Positions 1 through 7,669 of a stretch of DNA of 27,610 nt are shown in pieces (position 1 is the stretch's first letter; every line of letters begins with the position of its first letter). Below the pieces are notes generated by a model, which saw only the letters and a list, made by a program, of their open reading frames with translations, was not told the origin of the DNA and searched no databases. The position numbers and the translations under genes were made by a program. Source of the stretch: a virus (Duplodnaviria; Caudoviricetes); the IMG/VR virus record IMGVR_UViG_3300033076_000739, positions 1 to 27,610 of that record; one strand, given 5' to 3'.

Positions 1-200
1 TTGTTCAAAAACTCAGTTTGGAAGATTTCAACTTTCTTGAACAACTCTTCCATTTTGTTTTCTGGTTGTGGTTTAACTTTAGGGCTAACGTGGTGTAGCA
101 ATTTAAGTTTACCTTTATCCCCCAAATCTTCAAACAAGGCAATACCAATAGTTGAAGTGGATACGTCTAATGCTAATATGAATTCTGGCTCTTTTCCCAT
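1..200 (-). CDS. RuvC-like Holliday junction resolvase / RNase H-fold nuclease (N-terminal part, runs off window)
   Basis: Not in the ORF track; my translation from ATG at 200 gives MGKEPEFILALDVSTSTIGIALFEDLGDKGKLKLLHHVSPKVKPQPENKMEELFKKVEIFQTEFLN, open to the edge. ILALDxSxxxxGxA matches the RuvC/RNase H beta1-beta2 motif with its catalytic Asp. Confidence 0.75.
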   Translation of the reverse strand, partial: MGKEPEFILALDVSTSTIGIALFEDLGDKGKLKLLHHVSPKVKPQPENKMEELFKKVEIFQTEFLN

Positions 201-247
201 AAATGTTTTTCTTCCAATTTAATTGGTGAACCAAAAAAGGTAAATAC

Positions 248-1453
248 TTAAAGCGTAATTTTTACGTTGAACACCTTAAATTCGTTGATATTTTTGGTTA
301 CGTGTCGGTCTGTTTTGGCAACAGCTATCAAATTGTTATAGCCATCATATAAACCCAATTCACTAATTCTAGGAACATCTGAACCGCTAAAAGTTGGGTT
401 TGTTGAGCCACCAAACTCACCTCTACCAGCAATACATGTAATGTTTTGGAATACTGAAGTAGATACACTATTAAATGTTACCAAAGAACCAGCAGCAGCA
501 GTTGTATAGTCATAGTTATTAATAATAGTTGGGTGAGTGATAACCAAAATACCCTTGTCTAAGTATGCAACACCAACCAAAGTATCCGCTGTTAAACCTA
601 AATTAGGAGTTGTTTGTAAATTATAAAATTGTTTACCGTTTACACTGAAAGGTTTTGTTGTACCAAAACCAGTCGCCCAACTTAAAGATGCTGAATTACC
701 ATTAGGTTTTGAAATCGTATCAGAAAATAAGAAAGCGATGTTTTCACCAATCTTACTAGTATTTGTCGCCACATCTCTAACATTTGCATCTTGTACATTT
801 GAAGCGGTTGTTGTTTTTTGGAACGTGCTATAAATAGTATATGTGCCAGCAGTTGTAGGTAATTCTAATTTGATGGTTTTACCATCCAAACACTCACCAT
901 ACGTTGAATTTTTGATACCAACTATTAAAATATTTGATTGAGCTAAGCCACTTAAAGCTGTATCTGAAAAACCACCATTAACATAAGTTGTTCCAGTGTA
1001 GGTGTAATCTTGTGTTGAATTCAATGGTAAACCAAACGAATAAAATAGGTTAACCAAACTGTCAGTTGTGTTATTATTTCTATTAACAGTATTGAAAGTT
1101 AAATTTGTACCACTAACAGTTGTTAAACCATTGCTTACGGTTTCTACCGACACTATCAATGATTGATTTTCAACTGGCTTTCTTAAAACACCACTAGAAT
1201 TAAAAATCAATGGAGATTTAATACTTGCAATTTGTGCAGTGCTATTGCTAACCGATGCATTAGCACCGTAGTCTCCAGCTTCAGCTGGCACTTGACCAGT
1301 AGTCAAAGGTACACTGGCATAATAGTTTGCATCAGAGTCACCCAAAGAAAAACTAGCAATCAAACCATTGTTGGTTGAAATTAATTTTTGACGGCCAAGT
1401 GGTGTTAACTTAGCTGTTAATGTCAATGTATTTGCTGAAGTAATAAATCCCAT
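248..1453 (-). CDS. Virion structural protein with tail-collar/fibre-attachment-like (P2 gpH N-terminal, DUF3751-like) termini
   Basis: 401 aa, Thr/Ser/Asn-rich. N-term KLTPLGRQKL...FSLGDSD and C-term RISELGLYDGYNNLIAVAK resemble the two halves of the P2 gpH N-terminal domain. Paralogous to 1469..3622. Confidence 0.6.
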   Translation of the reverse strand: MGFITSANTLTLTAKLTPLGRQKLISTNNGLIASFSLGDSDANYYASVPLTTGQVPAEAGDYGANASVSNSTAQIASIKSPLIFNSSGVLRKPVENQSLIVSVETVSNGLTTVSGTNLTFNTVNRNNNTTDSLVNLFYSFGLPLNSTQDYTYTGTTYVNGGFSDTALSGLAQSNILIVGIKNSTYGECLDGKTIKLELPTTAGTYTIYSTFQKTTTASNVQDANVRDVATNTSKIGENIAFLFSDTISKPNGNSASLSWATGFGTTKPFSVNGKQFYNLQTTPNLGLTADTLVGVAYLDKGILVITHPTIINNYDYTTAAAGSLVTFNSVSTSVFQNITCIAGRGEFGGSTNPTFSGSDVPRISELGLYDGYNNLIAVAKTDRHVTKNINEFKVFNVKITL

Positions 1454-1468
1454 TTCTGTTTATTTTAA

Positions 1469-3622
1469 TTAAAAGTCCATGCTTAATTCAAGCATTATTG
1501 TGTTACCAGCAGTCAATGACACTGGTTTGCTAAGTTTACCTATACAAACTAAATTCTTAGCACTATCATAAATACCAACATCAGTAATTCTAATATCTGC
1601 TGGGTTAGTAGCTAAATCAGTACTTCTAGTTGGGTTAGTTGTTGTATCAAATTGACTAGAGTTAACTCTAATGTCAAAAATAGTTTTATAAATTGTAGCC
1701 CCAATGTACGTTTCAATGTTCCCATAGAAATAACGCTCATCACCAAACTGTAAATAACTTGGGTAAACTGTTGGTGCCATGTTCAATAAACTATAAAGAT
1801 TAAATGTAGTTGAACTACTATCTTTTGCAGAATCCAAAACAAAACCAGTTGATGTGCCACAAGACTCGCTACCAGGAGTTTGATTCTCCAACGCAAATGG
1901 GTCAATAGTCGCACCATTTGTTGTTGTTAACGCTGTTGTTGTGTAATCGTACATTTGCCATGCACCTGCATCTGGTCTAACCGTATCACCACTTACAATT
2001 TGATACAATAATTTAAAATTATGAGCATAGAAACCATAACCATCATAAGATGGGTCTTCAATTTTACGCATGTATGGTAACAAATCAGTTTCATTGATTC
2101 TGAAAGCGATATCTTTAGAAGAATTTGTTGTATTGGTTACTTTGACATAATTTTGACATGGCAAACTGCTAGTCAAACCTGTTGTGCTACCAGAGTTATC
2201 TAAAATATATGTTAAGTATATTGTCTCATTTACACCTAAAACACCACTAGTAGTGGCACCGCTAGGTGAAATAATATTAGCCGCCAATTCTGGAAGTGTC
2301 CAATTTCTATTCGATTTGTAAGACATTGCAGCAACCAATTCATCATCATGAATCACAATCATTTTGTACTGTGGTAATACTTTACCAACAACCAAAGGAG
2401 TTGTATTTGCAGATGAAATCATAGCTGGATGCTCAATAAGGTCAATATATTCAATTTGACTTGTTCCAATGTATTGTGTAGCACCAGAAGCAACGAATGT
2501 CATACCCATCTGTGTACCAACACCAGTTGAATAGCCAGCTCTGTGATACATGATGTTAGGCATGTGTACTTGAACATATTTATTGTTTGTAGCATCAACA
2601 TAGAAGAACTCACCATAAAGATTTGAAATGGCGTTGTTTGTGTAGTGAATGATAGACAATGATTTATGAACATCATCTGGGTAGCTTAGACCTGGACCGT
2701 TACAATTGAATAACGTTGACCCAGTGCTTTCACACCAATATTCTAAATAAGGATTCTTGGTTCCTAAATAAGGGTATGAACCAAATTTTGTATAGTCTTC
2801 ATACGTTGTTGTTCCACTCATACCAGCCAAATTCTCACACCAAACATTGTTCATGTTCCAAACAGGGACATCTGAACATGTTATATTTACATTTGAATTG
2901 AAGGATAAAGTTCCTGAATCCCAATAAGAAGTCGTGTTACCTGTTGCTATAGTTTCATAAACTTCACCATTTTTGTAAATGATTACAGTTGTACTAGCAG
3001 TACTTGTTGCAAAATTAGGTAAATTTCTATCTAATGTTAATGTATTACCAACAACATTTTGAACCTCAAACCATAAATTAGGAATAGCCTTTGTTGTGTC
3101 ATCGGATGCAATTGTACCTAAGATGTTATTAGAAGGTTTAATAAGGATAAAGTCACCAACGACAAAGTTAGTGCCTCCAGTAACAACCAAAGTGGTTGTA
3201 CCGCTTATATTAGTGTTTGCTACAACTTCTTGATATGGAGTTAAATCAACATTTAAATCTGTTGTAAAATATGTAGTATTATCAACAAAAAAACCTCTTT
3301 CTAAGGCTTGGTTGTTAACTACGGCTTTTACTACGTTCATATTTGAACCATTTATTGGTTGAAAATGGTCCGTAGCTAAGCTAGGGTAAATGAAATATTT
3401 GATGTCTGGTTGTCTATCAACTGGTCTTAAAACCTTGCTTGTTGCTGACAATGTTACATCTGTTTGGTTAGCATCTACAATAGCTTCTCTACCATAGTTG
3501 ATTTCGGAATCACCGACTGCCCAATATGAAAAATTAAGCTGACCTAAAGCCAACTGTTGTCTACCCTTTTCTGTTAGCTTTATACTAACAAATGGATTCG
3601 TGCTGTTTATTATGTAACTCAT
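1469..3622 (-). CDS. Virion structural protein with tail-collar/fibre-attachment-like termini
   Basis: 717 aa. N-term KLTEKGRQQLALGQLNFSYWAVGDSE and C-term RITDVGIYDSAKNLVCIGKLSKP are the same motifs as in the downstream gene. Confidence 0.6.
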   Translation of the reverse strand: MSYIINSTNPFVSIKLTEKGRQQLALGQLNFSYWAVGDSEINYGREAIVDANQTDVTLSATSKVLRPVDRQPDIKYFIYPSLATDHFQPINGSNMNVVKAVVNNQALERGFFVDNTTYFTTDLNVDLTPYQEVVANTNISGTTTLVVTGGTNFVVGDFILIKPSNNILGTIASDDTTKAIPNLWFEVQNVVGNTLTLDRNLPNFATSTASTTVIIYKNGEVYETIATGNTTSYWDSGTLSFNSNVNITCSDVPVWNMNNVWCENLAGMSGTTTYEDYTKFGSYPYLGTKNPYLEYWCESTGSTLFNCNGPGLSYPDDVHKSLSIIHYTNNAISNLYGEFFYVDATNNKYVQVHMPNIMYHRAGYSTGVGTQMGMTFVASGATQYIGTSQIEYIDLIEHPAMISSANTTPLVVGKVLPQYKMIVIHDDELVAAMSYKSNRNWTLPELAANIISPSGATTSGVLGVNETIYLTYILDNSGSTTGLTSSLPCQNYVKVTNTTNSSKDIAFRINETDLLPYMRKIEDPSYDGYGFYAHNFKLLYQIVSGDTVRPDAGAWQMYDYTTTALTTTNGATIDPFALENQTPGSESCGTSTGFVLDSAKDSSSTTFNLYSLLNMAPTVYPSYLQFGDERYFYGNIETYIGATIYKTIFDIRVNSSQFDTTTNPTRSTDLATNPADIRITDVGIYDSAKNLVCIGKLSKPVSLTAGNTIMLELSMDF

Positions 3623-3626
3623 ATCC

Positions 3627-3635
3627 TATAAATAT
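3627..3635 (-). promoter_or_regulatory. ATATTTATA motif, putative phage late promoter element
   Basis: Lies 4 nt upstream of the ATG at 3622. The same 9-mer recurs in other intergenic gaps. Confidence 0.5.
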
Positions 3636-3649
3636 CTTTGTTTTCCCTT

Positions 3650-3677
3650 ATTTTAGTTATAAATATGCAATAGTCAA
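3650..3677 (-). promoter_or_regulatory. Second ATATTTATA copy (3658-3666), embedded in a possible TTGACT-N16-TAAAAT sigma70-like arrangement
   Basis: Minus strand reads TTGACT attgcATATTTATAac TAAAAT in the 60-nt intergenic gap. Confidence 0.4.
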
Positions 3678-3682
3678 CATTA

Positions 3683-5107
3683 TTAGTATGAATTTATCGC
3701 ATTACTTTGGATGGTTATAGGAACTGTGTCACTATACGCTGTATCCGTTATTATATCACCACATAAAGTCTCAAATTTCTTTTCATTTTTTACTCTGTAG
3801 TATAATTGAGTACCTACTGTACCACTCGCCACAAACCCAGCACTATACAAATTTATACTAGGAATGTAATTTTGTGATGTCGTATAATAAGTACTTGTAA
3901 ATTCACTATCAGTACTAACCTCTAATGTAAAAGTACCATTTGATAATTGTGGTGGATTAGTGATGGACCAAACAATGCTAGGATAATTTGTGGTAACACC
4001 AAAAATCGTAGATGCAGATGGGAAATACACAATTGTTATTATGTCACCAACCAAAATATCACCTTCCAAAATTATTCTTTTAGCGTTTGATGTCGATTTG
4101 TAATAGTCAATATCAGTCGCTAATGTCGCACCATTAATCATTACCAAAATAGAGCCACCGTTAGCAGGTTCTGTTGTTAAATACAATTCATATTTTCCAG
4201 TTGTGGTGTTAAAATATGTTTGATTGGCACCTTGATTATCAGAAGCACCACTAACGACTGGTGAATTTACATAAATTGTTTCACCAATAAGATTTGAACC
4301 TTCAGCTGTGGTATAAATTATTGTCAAAACATCACCTTTTACTGTTTTATCAACCAAAGTAACTACGTTTCCACTAAATGTATAATCCAAATCCTTAGAT
4401 AATACCAAACCATTTAAGGTTACAATGAAATAACCAACATATCCGTTAGATATAATGAAAACTGTTTCATCATTTTGTGGTAAAATAACTTGTTGGAACA
4501 GCTGATTTATTGTCACATTGTATGTACCATTAGAAACAAATTGTGGTTTATCAGCTGATTTAAATGCTATAAAATAATAATCTAAATCATTATCATATAA
4601 ACCATATTGGCCATTTCCTCTAAATGATAATGTATCAACCGTTTTACCTAATTGATTCAAAAAATTAGTACACGCATCAAACTTGTAATAACCTTTTACC
4701 AAATATTCTCCATCTAAAGACAACCCAGATACAGCTACGTTTTCAGAAACCATACTAGTGGCGCTAAAGCTACTATATTCATATTCTGCTGATTGATAAA
4801 CTGGTGGAAGTGTAAACCCACTTATCAATGTATTGTATTTATAAATTTCATATCTAAAAGTTGCACTATTCGCTGTAAATGAATCAGTATTTCCAGTAAA
4901 ATCAAATGTCAATGGAATTGTTGTAGCGGTACTAACAATGTGCGTTGTACCAGTAATCACACCGCAATCTATTTTAGACGCACCGCTCATTGAAAATAAT
5001 GGCGCACCAAATACACACATGTCAGAACTCATATTGACATTAACTATGTCTTTATTTCTAACTGCGGAATTCTCATTTTGTATGTATATTGGTTGTTGGT
5101 ATCTCAT
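3683..5107 (-). CDS. Virion structural protein with two internal beta-rich repeats and an FN3/Ig-like C-terminus
   Basis: 474 aa. Repeats VTLNGLVLSKDLDYT...GDVLTIIY and VMINGATLATDIDYY...GDIITIVY. C-term FTLEVSTDSEF...LYYRVKN is FN3-like. Confidence 0.6.
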   Translation of the reverse strand: MRYQQPIYIQNENSAVRNKDIVNVNMSSDMCVFGAPLFSMSGASKIDCGVITGTTHIVSTATTIPLTFDFTGNTDSFTANSATFRYEIYKYNTLISGFTLPPVYQSAEYEYSSFSATSMVSENVAVSGLSLDGEYLVKGYYKFDACTNFLNQLGKTVDTLSFRGNGQYGLYDNDLDYYFIAFKSADKPQFVSNGTYNVTINQLFQQVILPQNDETVFIISNGYVGYFIVTLNGLVLSKDLDYTFSGNVVTLVDKTVKGDVLTIIYTTAEGSNLIGETIYVNSPVVSGASDNQGANQTYFNTTTGKYELYLTTEPANGGSILVMINGATLATDIDYYKSTSNAKRIILEGDILVGDIITIVYFPSASTIFGVTTNYPSIVWSITNPPQLSNGTFTLEVSTDSEFTSTYYTTSQNYIPSINLYSAGFVASGTVGTQLYYRVKNEKKFETLCGDIITDTAYSDTVPITIQSNAINSY

Positions 5108-5349
5108 TAGTAATTTATATTTAACGTTGTCACTGGTAAATTATAAGTATTTTTTAAACCATATAATAAAGGCTTTGTTAACGCTGAAGTAAAGTCACTT
5201 TTGGTGAAATCTTGCAAATAAGCAACAAGACCACCCAAATTAACGTAGTCTTCTTCTTGGACTTCACCGACAAAAGATTTGACAAGGATAACTGAACCCG
5301 TCAAATCTTCAACGATACTTGCTTCTATTTTTTTAATTAGTTGTGGCAT
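5107..5349 (-). CDS. Hypothetical protein (80 aa), possibly a fibre-associated assembly factor
   Basis: ORF fills the gap between the fibre gene and the next gene. Its TAA overlaps the next ATG (TAATG at 5105-5109). Function guessed from position only. Confidence 0.6.
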   Translation of the reverse strand: MPQLIKKIEASIVEDLTGSVILVKSFVGEVQEEDYVNLGGLVAYLQDFTKSDFTSALTKPLLYGLKNTYNLPVTTLNINY

Positions 5350-5361
5350 ATTTAAAATTTA

Positions 5362-7299
5362 TTACCCTAATAATACCCACGATGAACCATTCCATCCTTT
5401 AAATTGGTTATAAGTTGTGTCAAATACTATCATACCACTAGTTGTTAAAGTAGTACCACCACTAATTTGTACAGCTGTTAAGTTCTTAACTACCAATGGT
5501 GCCACATAAACAGTGTTTGGTAAAGTTCCTGTTATGCTATCACCCAAAACAATTGTTGTAGCACTGCTAGCTATTGAACCGTTACCATGTACAAATGAAT
5601 ATGTACCTAAAGCTTTTGAATTATAACCACCAGCGTGACTATAGTCACCCCATGCACTTGTTAACCTACCTTCAGAGTGTGCTGTAACACCAGTTGCTTG
5701 TGTAGACCAACCTTCAGCATGACTATAAGCACCGCTAGCTATTGTTAACCTACCTTCAGAGTGTGATGCATCACCTAAAGCCGATGTTTCTCTACCTTCA
5801 GCATGTGCGTAATCACCAGAAGAACCAACTAAACCCGCTGTTGTGAGATAGCCTTCAGCGTGTGATGCAGTACCTTGAGATAATGTACCCCAACCCTCAG
5901 CATGTGCGGCAGTACCATAGTTATTTGTTCTTGCTGAATAACCTTCAACGTGACTGTATTGACCAGTAGTAGTTGATAAATAACCTTCAGCATGACTAAC
6001 AAGCCCTGTTGCTGTTGACCCAGAGCCTTCAGCGTGAGCTGTGGTGTGGCCAGCATATGTGTTCCAACCTTCAGCATGAGATGCAGTACCAGTAGCCCTC
6101 GTGACCCAACCTTCAGCATGTGCAGCGATAGCGTCAGCGGTTGTTCCAGTACCTTCAGCGTGTGCCGCAGCACCATTTATAGTAGTTTTTGTTGAAAAAC
6201 CTTCAGTATGTGAAAAATCACCCAAAGATATTGTCAAATAACCTTCAGCGTGTGACGTTGTACCACTTGCAGTTGTATTATTACCTTCAGCGTGTGACGT
6301 ATTTCCACTAGCCACCGTATCTTGACCTTCTGAATGTGATGAAACACCGTAAGCTCTTGTATTCCAACCTTCAGCATGACTTTGGTTACCAATAGATTTT
6401 GAATCTTGACCTTCAGCATGGCTTTGTTGACCACTAGCTGTCGTTGCATAACCTTCAGAATGAGAACGAGCACCACTAGCTGTTGTATTTTGACCTTCAG
6501 CATGTGATGGTTGACCGCTAGCCGTTGTGGAATCACCTTCAGAATGTGAATAATTTGCCAAAGCTTTTGTACTAGAACCTTCCGAATGACTAGAAATACC
6601 TTGAGCCGTTGTACTATTACCTTCAGCATGGCTAGAAACACCAGTTGCTGTTGTTTGCACACCTTCCGTATGACTATAATTACCAGAAGCAAATGTACTA
6701 TAACCTTCAGCATGTGATGACGTACCACTAGTAACGGTGTTGGTACCTTCAGCATGGCTGGATATAGCACCAGCTGTTGTACCACTACCCTCAGCATGAG
6801 CTGCAATACCAATAGATTTTGAATCGTACCCTTCAGCATGACTATAATAGCCATAAGATGTTGTTGAACCGCCCTCAGCATGTGAAACATTACCAATAGA
6901 AGTTGCATTGGCACCTTCAACATGTGAACCATTACCTAAAGCTGTTGTTGCGCTACCTTCAGAGTGAGATGATACACCAGAAGCTGTTGTGTTTCTACCT
7001 TCAGAATGGCTACCATAATCACCGCTAGCAGTTGTGTTATATCCTTCTGCTACTGAATAAGTTCCAGTGGCATCTAATCCACTATCATTATTGGCTTTTA
7101 CTGGGTAATTAGAACCGTTCCAAGTTGACCCTGAAGCCCAATAATCACCTGTTTGTTGGTTCAATAAAGCTACAACCTTTGAAATGGGAACTTTGAATGA
7201 TGAACCAGCTGGACTATCTGTTGTGTCTCCAGTGTTAACAATATGTATTAAATCGGTCAGTCTAGCTGAGGCGGCTTCTTGTCTATCTGTTAATTTCAT
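5362..7299 (-). CDS. Tail fibre / receptor-binding protein with YadA-head-like (trimeric beta-roll) repeats
   Basis: 645 aa with about 34 copies of a 14-aa SHAEGxxTxAxGxx repeat. The C-term GMIVFDTTYNQFKGWNGSSWV is a typical phage fibre segment. No autotransporter anchor or signal peptide seen. Confidence 0.8.
   Translation of the reverse strand: MKLTDRQEAASARLTDLIHIVNTGDTTDSPAGSSFKVPISKVVALLNQQTGDYWASGSTWNGSNYPVKANNDSGLDATGTYSVAEGYNTTASGDYGSHSEGRNTTASGVSSHSEGSATTALGNGSHVEGANATSIGNVSHAEGGSTTSYGYYSHAEGYDSKSIGIAAHAEGSGTTAGAISSHAEGTNTVTSGTSSHAEGYSTFASGNYSHTEGVQTTATGVSSHAEGNSTTAQGISSHSEGSSTKALANYSHSEGDSTTASGQPSHAEGQNTTASGARSHSEGYATTASGQQSHAEGQDSKSIGNQSHAEGWNTRAYGVSSHSEGQDTVASGNTSHAEGNNTTASGTTSHAEGYLTISLGDFSHTEGFSTKTTINGAAAHAEGTGTTADAIAAHAEGWVTRATGTASHAEGWNTYAGHTTAHAEGSGSTATGLVSHAEGYLSTTTGQYSHVEGYSARTNNYGTAAHAEGWGTLSQGTASHAEGYLTTAGLVGSSGDYAHAEGRETSALGDASHSEGRLTIASGAYSHAEGWSTQATGVTAHSEGRLTSAWGDYSHAGGYNSKALGTYSFVHGNGSIASSATTIVLGDSITGTLPNTVYVAPLVVKNLTAVQISGGTTLTTSGMIVFDTTYNQFKGWNGSSWVLLG
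5570..7065 (-). repeat. Degenerate 42-nt coding tandem repeat (about 34 units)
   Basis: Recurrent accttcagcatg / accttcagagtg on the + strand at roughly 42-nt spacing, encoding H-[AS]-E-G. Confidence 0.9.
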
Positions 7300-7312
7300 T
7301 TTTTTGTTTAAA

Positions 7313-7321
7313 TATAAATAT
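7313..7321 (-). promoter_or_regulatory. ATATTTATA motif upstream of the fibre gene
   Basis: 13 nt upstream of the ATG at 7299, within a 25-nt intergenic gap. Confidence 0.5.
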
Positions 7322-7324
7322 CTA

Positions 7325-7669
7325 TTATGGTATTAAAATACCTTGATTTCCGTTCATTGTCATTATGTCTACTGACAACCCATATTGCTCTTTTAATGTT
7401 TTTTTAGCTTCAATAATCATAGGTATTCTAGCATCTTGAGCATGTAAAGTTTTAATATAATCTAACAAAACATCGTAATCAGATTCTTCATCCCAAAAAC
7501 CCCAAAAAAAACTACCAAAAACATATACATTGGTTTCAGGACCTAATAAATCACATATCACTTTTTTTATTGTTTTAAAATTGTTTTGTTGGTCGATTGA
7601 TAAACCGTCAAAACTTTCTAGTTTACCACGCAACAATCTAATTCTACCTTTACGTTCCATTGTTTCCAT
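7325..7669 (-). CDS. Minimal nucleotidyltransferase (Pol-beta superfamily, MNT/MntA-like)
   Basis: 114 aa. VYVFGSFFWGFWDEESDYDVLL matches hG[GS]x9-13DhD, and the third Asp lies in SVDIM. Size is typical of an MNT. Confidence 0.85.
   Translation of the reverse strand: METMERKGRIRLLRGKLESFDGLSIDQQNNFKTIKKVICDLLGPETNVYVFGSFFWGFWDEESDYDVLLDYIKTLHAQDARIPMIIEAKKTLKEQYGLSVDIMTMNGNQGILIP

Noticed and set aside
1-222. Plus-strand 73-aa ORF
   Set aside because: It is antisense to the RuvC-like gene, which has a recognisable motif and matches the orientation of all other genes.
5829-6932. Alternate-frame minus-strand ORFs 5829..6176 and 6234..6932 with HMLKV repeats
   Set aside because: These are shadow frames of the 42-nt SHAEG repeat. 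There is no independent start context or evident slippery site.
5570-7065. Possible CRISPR array or DGR template/variable repeat
   Set aside because: The repeats are degenerate, in frame and protein-coding. There are no cas or reverse transcriptase genes in the window, and no adenine-specific mismatch pair was seen.
7495-7511. A8/A5 homopolymers in the MNT active-site codons as a phase-variation switch
   Set aside because: Runs of 7-8 A/T are common in this AT-rich sequence and the frame is intact. There is no support without read data.
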